DNA of 24,150 nucleotides from Octopus sinensis. Lineage: Eukaryota. Within the stretch, counting starts at the first letter, position 1. Each line of letters begins with the position of its first letter. This document shows, piece after piece, positions 1 through 10,700 of the stretch. The DNA lies in NCBI RefSeq assembly GCF_006345805.1, contig NW_021836475.1, positions 1-24,150 on the forward strand, in the 5' to 3' direction. The translations under genes and the position numbers were made by a program. The notes under the pieces were generated by a model, which was not told where the DNA came from, made no database searches, and was given only the letters and a program-made list of their open reading frames with translations.

Positions 1-990
1 CACCCCTTGGGCATCTCCAAATTACCAATCCACTGACTTCTTTACCACTGCAGATCTAAAATCAGAGGCGGCGACGATAGTTACATCGATATAGAGGAAG
101 ACGATGTAATAAAGGCTATAGATGAAATGAAAACAACTCAGCTACTGGCCCCGATGGATTCCCGGCAATCCTCCTAAAAAGCATGTAAGAGAGTCCTAGC
201 AAGACCACTGCAGTTTCCTCTTTCAAGCTTCCTTGCAGCTGGCAAACTTCCAAGAAAACTGAAGGAAGGTAAAAATATGCCCATTCATAAAGGAGGTAGC
301 AGAGCGGAGGCCAAGAACTACAGACCTATCTCTCTGACCTCACACATCAGCAAGGACATGGAACGAATATTCAGAAGGAACTGATCACCTTCCTTGAAGA
401 AAATGACTTGTGCTGCCTGACACCCAACATGGTTTCCGACCAGGGAGAAGCTGTTTAACTCAGCTCCTACAACACTATGACTGGGTGCTGAAACGGCTGC
501 TCAACTACTCAAATGTGGAAGTGATATATCTCGACTTTGCAAAGGCCTTTGATAAAGTCGATCATGGAATGATATGTCACAACCTGCGTAATCTCAGCAT
601 AGTTGGTAAACTGGGAGAATGGCTTCATGACTTTCTGAAAGATAGAAGTCAGGTGGTAGTAGCCAATGGGGCCACTTCCATTAACACGCAAAAAGTTTCA
701 CAGGCAATACAGAACCCTGAGGACACTAAACGCCTGCAATGTGAGCTGGACAAAATATACAAGTGGGCTGAAAAGAATAGCATGCAGTTCAATGCTGAAA
801 GTTTCAAGCTTTATGCTATCAGCATGCAAAACTAAATGCAATACCCAATGAATACACTGGACCCGGAGGAATTGCAATCCCAGAGGCACAATCAGTGCGT
901 GACCTGGGTATTTACATGAGTGATGACGCAACCTTTCGTGTACATGTTGCTAAATTGGCAATGAAATGTAGACGACTGGCCGGATGGATT
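1..990 (+). mobile_element. Decayed non-LTR retrotransposon (CR1/L2-type LINE) ORF2 fragment, reverse transcriptase region
   Basis: Frameshifted translation gives GPDGFPAILL, PIHKGGSRAEAKNYRPISLTSH, then ORF 410-835 QHGFRPGRSCLTQLL...IYLDFAKAFDKVDHG...WAEKNSMQFNAE, and later VRDLGIYMS. These are typical LINE RT motifs. The element runs off the left edge and stops at ~990, where a different repeat begins. Confidence 0.9.
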
Positions 991-1057
991 ATATTATAAA
1001 AGGCAGATTTCATCTGCCTCCCAAACCGTTTGTTTATTATACAAATCTACAATATAG

Positions 1058-1564
1058 AATTTCTTCAATTAGAATTTACCTATCATTTTTACGAGTAGAA
1101 TACATCGGGTCGTGGCAGGTACAGTTTTTCCTATTTCACCCCCAATTAAGCAAAAATTAGAGAAAACTAACTATTTAACAATTTTTCTCTTTCAGTTCAT
1201 GTGATTCACTAATACCTTTACACTTTCTCCTCCTTTCTCTTTGCAAGTGTGCATCGATTAAAGTGAAAGTATTCATATAAAAGGATGACATGCTTCACTC
1301 ATGCTAACAACCATAATTTCTCCTACTTTCTCTTGCAAGTGTACCTTAACCACTACTCAAAATAAAAACAACACAAACACACCAACAGAAACAATAAATA
1401 CATAACGATTTACTCCTCACACAATTTCTTCAATTACAGTTTACCTATGATTTTTCAAAGTACTTCCATTCGGTCATGGCATACAAAATTTCTTTCAATT
1501 TGACCCTCAATTAAGAAAAAATTCGAGAAAACTCAATATTTTAACATCTCACTCTTTCACTTCA
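1058..1564. repeat. Imperfect direct duplication of ~140 bp (1058-1199 vs 1423-1564)
   Basis: Both copies read AATTTCTTCAATTA..TTTACCTAT.ATTTTT...CAATTAAG.AAAAATT.GAGAAAACT...CTCTTTCA.TTCA. Confidence 0.8.
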
Positions 1565-1644
1565 AGCCTTTTCTCTGCCTATTACCCCCACTTCCTCTTT
1601 ACACACATAGACATGCAAATATATAAATAAAATTGTAAGCTAAC

Positions 1645-1746
1645 GTGTGTGTGTGTGTGTGCGTGTGTGTGAGTGTGTGTGTGCGTGTGTGTCTGTGTGT
1701 GAGGGTGCCTCTGTGTGTGTGTGTGACTGTGTATGTGTGTGTGTGT
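1645..1746. repeat. (TG)n microsatellite
   Basis: Directly visible interrupted TG run. Confidence 0.95.
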
Positions 1747-1995
1747 GACAGGGATGACCCATTCAGACTGGTCATCCTTTTTGCTAGAAGAAGATCACCT
1801 ATGCTACACCACTAGTTTTCAGTTCATATTAATCAAATTAATATTCACAACAAGAAGGACTATTCATTATATACATCAGTTCCACACATTTACTCTGGTT
1901 CCATTTCGGACAACTGCACAACAAACATTGCCATTTCACACATGTATGTAAACAAATTCCTTTCTTAAAAATTTCAATTCATTTTCTTTTCAATT

Positions 1996-2349
1996 CATAC
2001 AAAGTTATTTAGGAACGAATAAGATATCTAAAGTATATCCAAGTAGCAGAGAGATCGCCCAAAAGTGATATAGATATTTAAATGTATTTATATATTCATC
2101 TATACACACATGTATGTATAATGTGTGTGTGTATATATTTCCATAGAGGTAACCATTCACTCCATACAAAGTTTTTTAGGACGAAATAAGATCTAAAGTT
2201 ATCTCTAAGAAGCAGAAAGATCGCCCAAAGTGTATATAGATATTTAATGTATTATATATTCATCTATACACACATGTATGTAGAATGTGTGTGTATATAT
2301 TTCCATAGAGGTAACCATTCACATCCATACAAGTTTTTTAGGACGAAAA
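1996..2349. repeat. Tandem repeat, ~165-bp unit, about 2.2 copies
   Basis: Units start at ~1996, ~2163 and ~2325 (CATACAA.GTT.TTTAGGA...GATCGCCCAAA...CCATAGAGGTAACCATTCAC). The third copy is cut off by the Helitron at 2350. Confidence 0.9.
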
Positions 2350-3515
2350 TCTTTATATATAAAAGAAAGGTTGTGTGTCTGTCTACTCCGATTTTGATTC
2401 CTAATACTCCCACATTTTGCGATGCAGTTTAACCAAAACCGGGTATCTTATAGTCGTGATTCATATCGAGCCCTTCTGGGTATTAGCGCGCGTCTACAAT
2501 GAGTCTACGATTTTACAAATAATTTACCATCATTTTAATGCATATTTTTTTAAATAAAGGGAAGTAACTCTCAAACTTCACACCAATATGCGTGCTCATA
2601 TGCGACGTAATATCACATCAGCAGCATTTCCTCACACCCTCCTTGCACTTGGCAAAGGCAAAATACCAGGGGATGAAAATGGTAATATTGCCATTGATTC
2701 CATTTGTATCATTGTTAAGACGCCTTCTGATCTCAGAGATGCAGTGTTCCCAGATCTACAAGCTAATTATCAGAATATGGATTGGATTGGCCAAAAGGCT
2801 ATACTGGCCCCGAGGAATAAAACTGTTCACCATATTAATGATGAAATGCTAAAACTCATTCCTGGGGAAGTCTATGTATATCAGTCTATCGATACAACTC
2901 CTGACCCAGAGGACGTCATCAACTATCCAATAGAGGTACTCAATTCCTTTGAGCACCCCGGACTACCACCACACATTCTCAAACTTAAAGTTGGTGCCCC
3001 TATAATGCTCATCAGAAATTTGGTGATTCTTTATTACCCACTAGGGGCGACACAGAGGGGGACACCAAGAGACATGGGGACATAGAACATTATAATTAAA
3101 ATTTATGAAAAATGAATTGTTAAGTGAAAGAAAATGATAATATGAAAGCGATACTAACGGCCCCGTTCGTTAGCATCACTTACCTGTCCTTTATTTTTCA
3201 TCGTCACTTGAATGTTCTTTGCCAATACGAATAAATTCCATATCCATTCTTACTCCGAAATACTCATCCATATTTTCCACGAATTCATCGCTCATTCTTA
3301 TATCTTTCACCTCCCAATTCTCCCTTTCACACCTCACCATAAACTCATCTAGGTTCCCCCAAAACAATGCAATGGCACACGTTTGATCGTTAAGTCCTTA
3401 TCTCCCAGCGTAAACTTATATCAATATTTGCCTGAATAATCATCATAATTCAGTGCAATCATTAACAGTACTTTCAAGCAATTCAGCCCCGAGCAACGCC
3501 GGGCAATTCTGCTAG
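2350..3515 (+). mobile_element. Internally deleted Helitron (rolling-circle transposon)
   Basis: 5' end A|TCTTTATATATAAAAG (TC at 2350-2351). 3' GC-rich hairpin CCCG-AGCAACGC-CGGG (3488-3503) followed by CTAG|T (3512-3515), i.e. inserted at an AT site with no TSD. Contains a Pif1 helicase fragment. Confidence 0.8.
2570..3022 (+). pseudogene. Helitron RepHel Pif1-family helicase fragment
   Basis: LKLHTNMRA...KAILAPRNKTVHHIN...YQSID...YPIEVLNSFEHPGLPPHILKLKVGAPIMLIRNL matches the Pif1/Helitron helicase 2B-domain region (ORF 2588-3085). Similarity ends after RNL. Confidence 0.9.
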
Positions 3516-3571
3516 TATATATATATACATATACATATATATATACATATATATACATATATATACATATA

Positions 3572-3602
<31 letters not shown>

Positions 3603-3677
3603 GTATATATATACATATATATACATATATATGTATATATATACATATATATATACATATACATATATATACATATA
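3516..3677. repeat. (TA)n/(TATACA)n microsatellite
   Basis: Directly visible; produces the spurious YI-rich ORFs. Confidence 0.95.
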
Positions 3678-4532
3678 AGGTTAATCCAAACGGGAAAACA
3701 GAAAAAACAACAACACGTGGAACAATTACAGTATTATTATTATTAGGCGCTCAGGAAAATGGAAGACGTTTCGAGCGGAGCTCTTCGTCGGAAACATAAG
3801 AGAAGGAAGAAAGAAGAAAGAAAGATCCCGATGTGGGCTAAAGAGGGAAAAAAAACGCGACTGGTGTTTACGAAGTACACATGCTGAAAGACCGGAAGTT
3901 TTGGAAAACAAGGGCAAAGTAGGTTTTTAAAGCCAAAAGAGTGGAGACAGGAAGGTTGGTAACAAAAAATGATGTGTATGTATGTGTGAGTGTGTGCGTG
4001 TGCATGTGTGTATGTGTGTGTGAGGCGAGATAAAAAAACAAAAAATATATGTATATGTTAGTGCGTGCGTCTGTATGTAAGTGTGTTTGGTAGGGCGAAC
4101 AGTAGTTGACATAGCAAGTCTCAAGTGAGTGGTCAGTGGTAAAAAAAGGAGGAAGGAGGGAAGAAGGGAAGGAGGGAAAGGGTGGGGGCGTATGTAATGT
4201 GCCAGTGTGTGTGTTGAGTGGTAGTGTGTGTGTGTCCAGTGTGCGTAGTTGTATGTATGGCAAGTAAATTTGACGTGTGTGTAAGTGTAATGTATATGTA
4301 TATGCAAATGTGTGTGAGTGGGTGTGTGTATGTGTGTGCGTGTGTGTATGCAAAAGTGTGTGTGTGAGTGGGTGTGTGTATGTGTGTGCGTGTGTGTACA
4401 AAAAAGGGGGGGGGTATTAAGGGAAAAAACTGCAGCTGAGGGAAAGATGGAAGAGTGGTCCCGCGGCGACAGGCGTGGGAGAACCCAAAGACACGCGCCA
4501 GCCCCAGATACGAACAGGAGAAATAGTCGGTA
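3678..4532 (-). repeat. Interspersed repeat flanked by (TA)n, containing TG tracts and a degenerate hammerhead-like core; probably Penelope-like derived
   Basis: Bounded by TA microsatellites on both sides. The minus strand at 3791-3765 reads CCGACGA-A-GAGC-TCC-GCTC-GAAA-CG-TC. Family assignment is inference. Confidence 0.4.
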
Positions 4533-4545
4533 CATATATATATAC

Positions 4546-4597
<52 letters not shown>

Positions 4598-4679
4598 ATA
4601 CATATACATATATATACACATATACATATATATACACATATACATATATATACACATATACATATATATACACATATAC

Positions 4680-4724
<45 letters not shown>

Positions 4725-4735
4725 TATTATATATA
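4533..4735. repeat. (TA)n/(CATATA)n microsatellite
   Basis: Directly visible. Confidence 0.95.
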
Positions 4736-4803
4736 CCTGCATGAAATAATATATCATGAAAATGATATTGATATGGGAAACAAATCAGAAACCAACAATT
4801 TAC

Positions 4804-4870
4804 CTCCATTCTTCGAACAACATCCATTCCTTCAATTACTTTTCCAAATACTACATGTTTATTGTCCAAC
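4804..4870 (-). CDS. PPIE: PPIE/CYP33 internal exon, 67 bp: (W)[22 protein letters not shown]
   Basis: Acceptor CTACAG|G, donor GAG|GTAAAT. Completes the TG|G Trp codon from the previous exon. Cyclophilin WLDxKHVVFG motif. Confidence 0.93.
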
Positions 4871-5127
4871 CTGTAGATATTAAAAATCATTATTAAATAG
4901 GGAAATCAATTGAAAGTTATTTTGAAAAATATTCTTCATGTATAAAATTTTAATGTTGTACTTTGTCATCCTCAATGAAACAGTCCTGTGATCATTGTCT
5001 TTTTATTTAAACAGAGTGAATCGAGCTGGATTATCAAAGCATATTATCTAATAACTAGATCCAATATATGCAATCTGAAACAGATTTAACGTCATTCTGC
5101 CAACGTCTAGAAGCTCTTTCAATAGTT

Positions 5128-5280
5128 CATCATCATTTAACATCTACTACTCATGCTGGCTGGGTTGGTGTCTGCTTTGACGTGGTTTCTACTGGTGGAT
5201 GCCAACCACTTTACAGCATATACTAGGTACATTTTTCATGCTGCCAGCACCAGTGAGGTTGCTATGTGGCTCACAAGACT
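5128..5280 (-). mobile_element. Decayed RTE 3'UTR-type/SINE-like repeat fragment
   Basis: CATCATCATTTAACATC...CATGCTGGC...GTTTCTAC..GTGGATGCC is the reverse complement of the tail of the elements at 16430-16760 and 18205-19063. Confidence 0.6.
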
Positions 5281-6087
5281 ATAAAACCTAGGTGAGTGGT
5301 GGGGTACCACTTATGTGAGGAGATAAGAGCTTTAAGTATGGAAGTGGGTTGGATAGGCTTTTGCAGAGGAACTGAATGGTTACTCACCAATAAGAGAGAG
5401 AGTGAGAATGATCTGTAGGAGCTGCAAATCCAAGAGGCTTCTCAAGGTATAATGTGAATAGAAGTGTGTTGGGACAGTGGAACTTGGAGTGGAGGAGTTG
5501 GTGGTGATGAGGAGTAGACAACAACTTTAAAGCATGTAGGATTGACAGGTGGATATAGGAAGTGATGGATGATCAATGGTGCACAAGTTGGGGAAGGTAG
5601 AGGGTTGTAGAAAACTGGGGGAAAGCAGCAAGATCGTGGAAGTAATGGTGATGCAGTTTACAGGAAGGACAAGGGTGAGATGACATGGTTGAATTGACCA
5701 CAAAATTGGGTAAGTGTTGTGTATGTGAAGAGATAATTTGGTGGTTCAGTTGAGGAAGAGACATTGATGGATGAAAAACAGGTAACAAATGAGATGTTTC
5801 CTGTTAGCAAGAAAAATAAGATGGTCTCAGTTGGGTAGGGGTGACAGTGAGAGACATGATGGGAGAGAGGATATTCGAAAGAGTTTGGGTTAGGTACCCA
5901 TTCGTGCATACACATGCATATAGTGCTTCCAGGAGTTAATTTTGCAGAGGTAAGTGGGTCTTCTTAAGAGTCTCATACTGCCAGACATCATAGTCTTTTG
6001 TCCTCTCATGTTAACATATTTGCTACAATGTATAACTCTTCACAGGAATGGTGGCAAGTTGGTAGCTTTTACTCTCTATTCTAACTT

Positions 6088-6290
6088 TAATCCTTTGCTA
6101 TCAACCCATCTGACACTACTTCCTATAATGAAGTGATCAAAATAAACTTTCCATCAAAATTCTGTGTTAGTTCATGTTCCAAACATCAGCTTATAAAAAC
6201 AAAGGCAATCATCACAGGATTAAATACTTCTAGAATCATTTTATTTTCATTTCTTCAAAATTGCTAAGTACCTCTAAAACAATAGGGTTA
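6088..6290. mobile_element. Decayed copy of the TTAA-flanked MITE family
   Basis: Shares TTAA.CCTTT..., GTGATC.AAAT.AA...TTCCATCAAAATT..TGTT..TT.ATGTTCCAAACA.CA.CTT with the copies at 10400, 10701 and 16017. Confidence 0.55.
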
Positions 6291-6438
6291 GTTGACAAGT
6301 ACAACAGATAGTTTACAACAAAAGTATTTAGTTATTCATGTGAAGAGGAGTAAAACCTCTGGTGTAACATTCTCTTGTTCAATCATAACTAGCTGCACTG
6401 TGTAATGGCTCAGTATGAGTCTTATGTAATGGTTATGT

Positions 6439-6865
6439 ATGAGATTGGGCTGAAAAGTTCATAGGCTGCTTATGAAAGAGTGATGCAAGAGCTGTGAAAT
6501 CTTCCATACATTAATTTCCAATTTTCGTATTAATAGCTGCATTGTTTCTTTCCAGGTAAATTAACATCTAACTGCCCAAAGAAGGCTTCAAAAGTAACTA
6601 ATAACAGCTTCTCTTGAAAATCAACAAAATTTGGCATTGTGCTGTTATCAGGTACTTGCTGAAAAAGGGCTAGCATCCAAAATCATTCATGCTGACATGG
6701 CTGCTACATTAGGGGATGTCACACCAGCTTTATCAACAGTGCAAAATTGAACACTGAATTTAGATAGGAAAGGTAGAGTCTTGAAGATAACCCAAGATCT
6801 GAAGGTCCTGCAACTGCCACCACCAAGAAAAATGTTATGTTCACCATATGGTGATGGATAATAGG
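6439..6865 (+). mobile_element. Truncated mariner element (left TIR plus N-terminal HTH region, decayed)
   Basis: Begins TATGAG.TTGGGCTGAAAAGTTCATAGGCTG (mariner-like TIR). Disrupted translation KIWHCAVIRYLLKKGL...IHADMAATLGDVTPALSTVQ...SLEDNPRSEGPATATT resembles the N-terminus of the transposase at 13773. Confidence 0.75.
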
Positions 6866-7312
6866 TCATGTGATGCAGATGGATGTCAACAGTTCCATAA
6901 AGAAGAGCTAATCACTCAAAGTGGATGGAACTCATGTAAGAGGCACACCCAGGAAGACATGGTATGAAGTACTGAAGGACAACTTCAGGACAGTGAACCT
7001 TTCAAAAGAGACAACAAAAGACTGAGTTATCTGGTGCTTTGCTGTGCTCAAGACCTGTCCTCCATAGAAGAAGTGTTAAAACCTACTCTCCCTGAAGAAG
7101 ATAATTGGCTTGTACTTGTACTATGTAAAAAGCACTCGTGCTGGTGCCATGTTAAAATCACGCAGCACACACTGTAAAGTGGTTGATGTTAGGAAGGGCA
7201 TCCAGCTATATAAATTAAGCCAAATCAGACTGGAACCTGGTGCAACTCTCCAGTTTGCCAGGTCTGGTCAAACCATCCAACCCATGCTAGCATAAAAAAA
7301 ATAGATGTTAAA
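6866..7312 (+). mobile_element. RTE-type LINE 3' fragment (ORF C-terminus plus 3'UTR)
   Basis: GHVMQMD...RGTPRKTWYEVLKDNFR, followed by GTTAGGAAGGGCATCCAGCT...CAAACCATCCAACCCATGCTAGCAT, the same 3'UTR as in 18205-19063. Confidence 0.7.
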
Positions 7313-8169
7313 TGAATTTAAGTCCTACCAGGATTGACAAAATAAATCCCAATCGATAAGTCATGGGATCAATCTAATTCTACTCTCCTCTAGTCTGTGT
7401 AGCTTTCTATCTGCATTAAAAGTCATTATTACCAAGTCTTTGTTATTAAAGTGTTATTACAAATCTTTGTTATCTAGTCTTTGTTACCAAAGACTGGGTA
7501 TTTAGATTTGCTTGTGCCATTTTGCTAGCATTAACATCTGTTGAGAATGCTACCTTCACCTAACTTTAAATGAAGTAAGGTTATGGAATATGAAAATATA
7601 AGAAGTAACATACTAGCTGTATAACTTCATACAAGCATGTTACATATAATACACCATACTGGCTATATATCATTACAGTCGAAATTAGTTATATAGCAAT
7701 ACATATCATACATTCATGATATATAAAACTCAGTATAGCAAAAATCACTGAACACTCCTTTGAAACCATTTTTAAACAAACACAGGAGTAGCTGCAAGAT
7801 AAAATGATTCATTTCAATTTGGTTACATTCTAAGAACAAATCTCATTGAAAAAAAGTTGTATTTCATCCCTCAGAGACAAGTATAAAATAAGTACCAGTC
7901 ATGTACTGGAGTCTGACTAAATTGGTTTCATCCATCAAATTTGTGACCTTTATCTAGTATCAAAGGTCATCATTAGACTATCAAGAGGATTTGTCTGTTA
8001 TTAATTGTGAATGATAATAAGTCTGTTATTAATTGTGAAAGGATGATATTAAAATGACACAGAACATGAACATTAGTGTTTATCACTCTACATCAACAAA
8101 GCAGCAGGTATAAAGTATAATTAGAGATATTACCAGAATAATTTGTATGTCATGTTTCATTTGTAGCAT

Positions 8170-8350
8170 AGATATCAACTTGTGTGTTATTGATACACAT
8201 CAATGGATATTAACTTGTTGCTGAAGTCAACAAGTATATTATTGATATATATACCAATAGATATCAATTTGCGTGTCATTGATAGATATCAACTTCTATG
8301 TTATTAATACAAATAGATATGAATTTGTATGTTATTGATACATACCAATC
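8170..8350. repeat. Degenerate ~30-35-bp minisatellite abutting the exon donor
   Basis: Recurrent GATATCAACTTGT.TGTTATTGATA(CA)..CAAT units, about 5 copies. Confidence 0.7.
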
Positions 8351-8421
8351 AGTTTTTTCTGTGCAAATGAAAAACTGTGAACCATTGGTGTTGGGTCCAC
8401 TGTTAGCCATTGATAATGTAC
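8346..8421 (-). CDS. PPIE: PPIE/CYP33 internal exon, 76 bp: (G)[24 protein letters not shown](W)
   Basis: Acceptor CCTTGCAG|GT, donor TG|GTATGT. Cyclophilin [16 protein letters not shown] motif. Not in the ORF track; read manually. Confidence 0.95.
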
Positions 8422-8627
8422 CTGCAAGGAAGATGTTTCTAAATTTAGCTATAATTCTAATTAAATTTTATAAACATTATTTGCGTAGTTCAATTTTTTT
8501 AATTAAAATTGAAATTTGTAATAATACTCAACTGTTGAGTAAGGTGACTAACTGAATATGAAGCTATCAAGAAAGGTTATTATAGTTGTTGTTGTTAATA
8601 TCATTATTATTAATATTATAATTATTG

Positions 8628-8842
8628 AGGTGGAAAACTGGCAGAATCATCAGCATGCCAGGAAAAATGCTTAGAGGTATTTCATCTGTTTTTATGTTCT
8701 GAATTCAAATTCCACCGAGGTTGATTTTGCCTTTCATTCTCTCAGGGTAAAAAAAAAAGTACCAGCTGAGCACTGGGGTTGATTTAATCAACTTTGTCCC
8801 TCTCCTGAAATTTCTGTCTTTGTGCCAAAATCTGAAACCATT
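8628..8842 (+). mobile_element. tRNA-derived SINE copy
   Basis: Head GGTGGAAAACTGGCAGAATC (A-box-like) and GAATTCAAATTCC (B-box-like). Core TTTGCCTTTCATTC...AAGTACCAG...CACTGGGGTTGAT, tail GTGCCAAAATCTGAAACC. A second copy lies at 9168. Confidence 0.75.
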
Positions 8843-9160
8843 ATTACCTCCGCCTTAGCAAAGGCAGACATATTGTTTTCAGTCGTGTTTGTTTGTTTGT
8901 GCATGGATAAAATATCTCAAGAACTACTGGATGGATTCCGATGAAAATTTCAGGGATATTTGGCCTTGTGACTGGCACAATCTGATTAGATTTGGGGATT
9001 GATCCAGTACCAGACAAGGATTCTGGATTATTTTCCCATTTTTTTAATTTTTGAGAGCGGTCAGGTTCATTTGCAGTATTCTTGTTTGTGAGAACTGTTG
9101 AGTTTATTTCAGATATTCTCATTTCAAAAATCATTTCTGGCTCTGGCTAATCATTGAGAG
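8843..9160 (+). mobile_element. Non-autonomous Helitron/Helentron (HINE/DINE-like) fragment
   Basis: TATTACCTCCGCCTT-AGCA-AAGGC hairpin, then (GTTT)n, then AACTACTGGATGGATTCCGATGAAAATTTCAGG, a layout typical of these elements. Family call is from recollection. Confidence 0.55.
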
Positions 9161-9167
9161 AATGTTA

Positions 9168-9384
9168 GGGTGGCAAACTGACAGCAGTGCTAGCATGTTG
9201 GACAAAATGCTTAGTAGCATTTCTTCTAACACTATGTTTTGAGTTCAAATGCTGCTGAGGTCAATTTTGCCTTTCATCCAAACAAGATCAGTAAAATAAT
9301 GTATCAGTCAAGTACTGGGGTCACTGTAATTGACTAACCCATTCCAACTAAAACTGCTGGCCTTGTTCCAAAATTTGAAACCAT
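9168..9384 (+). mobile_element. tRNA-derived SINE copy (same family as 8628-8842)
   Basis: GGGTGGCAAACTGACAG...AAATGCTTAG...GAGTTCAAAT...TTTTGCCTTTCATCC...TACTGGGGTCA...CCAAAATTTGAAACC. A more decayed copy follows at ~9405-9540. Confidence 0.75.
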
Positions 9385-10154
9385 TATAACATTATAATTA
9401 TTAGGGTTGTGATGTATTGAATTATGCTCCCTTTCATTCTTAGTTCAAACCCTGCTAATGTCAACTTTGCCTTTTATACTACCAAGCACATAAAACAAGT
9501 TTTGGGATTGATCTAACTATATTCTTTACCCCAAATTAACTACACTCTCAACACAATTCTCTCACTGTATCAAGAATAGAAATCATCATAGTTATTTTTC
9601 CTCTCAGGGGACATCTGCAGTCCACTCAGTCAGTATTTATCTCCAATTTTACATGATTAAGTCTATGAAAGACAACCTCCTTTAAAATTATCTCAATCTG
9701 TCACAAATTAACTTTCCTCCAAAAGAAAGGAACAAATCTCAGAACTGCAATCACTGAAGAATTACATCACATTTTTTACTGACAGTCAAAGGAAGGAACA
9801 GCAGAAGCCATGACTCCTTTCGGGGCCTCTGGGAGAGTAAAAAGAGATTATATTCAAATCAGAGAATTGACTTAAATGTTTGCAATAGAATGAACTCTGC
9901 AAAAGGTATCCAATGTGGAACTATATCAGGTAGTTAGGTATAGATATTCTATGCGTCAGCCAGTGACACATGATATTGCCCATAGTAGGGTATGAACCAC
10001 TATCCAGTTGATAAATTGTCCAGCACTTCTATCAACTTATGCTGGCATAAGAAACACATCGACAAATAATTGTTAGTTTTTCAAATAAGTTAAATTTCCC
10101 TTAGCTGATAAAGAAAACACAGCTAAAACAAAATGGCAGGCTATTTCCACTTAC

Positions 10155-10260
10155 CAGCTCCTGTATGTTTTAAGACAAAATTTTCATCATCAAATTTATT
10201 TCCATAAATTGATTTTCCTCCTGTTCCATTGTGCCTCGTAAAGTCACCCCCTTGACACAT
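10155..10260 (-). CDS. PPIE: PPIE/CYP33 internal exon, 106 bp: [35 protein letters not shown](G)
   Basis: Non-canonical acceptor GTAC|ATG (AC), donor G|GTAAGT. Cyclophilin QGGDFT..NGTGG.SIYG motif. Confidence 0.95.
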
Positions 10261-10399
10261 GTACTTCAGAGTTAAGAACAAATATAATGTAGAGATACAA
10301 ATCCTTAACATTGTTTGCAAAAAAAGACCACTTTTCACTTTATAAATCATTTTCATTATTCATTGTTATCAGTGTAACAGCTTTTAAAATAAAAATATT

Positions 10400-10588
10400 T
10401 TAACCCTTTTCCTACCTATCTGCCAGAGACTTTTCCGGGTTCTGACACAAACTTTCTGTTTCACAGTGATCTAAATTTTTTCCTGTTAATTTGTTCCAAA
10501 TTTGTTCATGAAGACAGTTATTTTACCTAATTCTTTATTATTTTCAAAATTTATTGAAACAATGGTAATATAGTAACAAAAAGATTAA
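10400..10588. mobile_element. TTAA-flanked MITE (piggyBac-like termini), copy 1 in the U12 intron
   Basis: Starts TTAACCCTTTT, ends GTAACAAAAAGATTAA. Body similar to 10701-10927 and 16017-16247. Confidence 0.6.
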
Positions 10589-10700
10589 ACATGCTTTTAG
10601 AGTAAAAACTATATATATTTTCATTAAACAAAATACAGAATTAACTTAGAAAAGAGGTATGTTTCTCTTCTTAATTTAATTACTATAAAAAAATAATATA

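Larger units (their letters stand above)
991..1787 (+). mobile_element. Putative non-autonomous Helitron-like element
   Basis: Starts ATATTATAAAAGGCAGATTTCATCTGCCT (8-bp hairpin). Contains an internal ~140-bp imperfect duplication and a (TG)n tract. Ends with hairpin GGATGACC(1752-1759)/GGTCATCC(1770-1777) 6 nt before CTAG (1784-1787); a second CTAGT lies at ~1812. The canonical 5' TC is not seen. Confidence 0.5.

Noticed and set aside
3483-4757. Long YI/HT/CV-rich ORFs (also 23563-23941 and 21509-21828)
   Set aside because: They are translations of TA and TG microsatellites. Only 4804-4870 within ORF 4417-4890 is a real exon.
7993-8039. 19-bp direct repeat GTCTGTTATTAATTGTGAA x2
   Set aside because: A simple local slippage duplication with no evidence of function.
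9805-9835. GC-rich mini-hairpin (CTCCTTTCGGGG) as a possible intronic ncRNA or snoRNA
   Set aside because: Short imperfect stem with no box C/D, H/ACA or ribozyme motif I can support.
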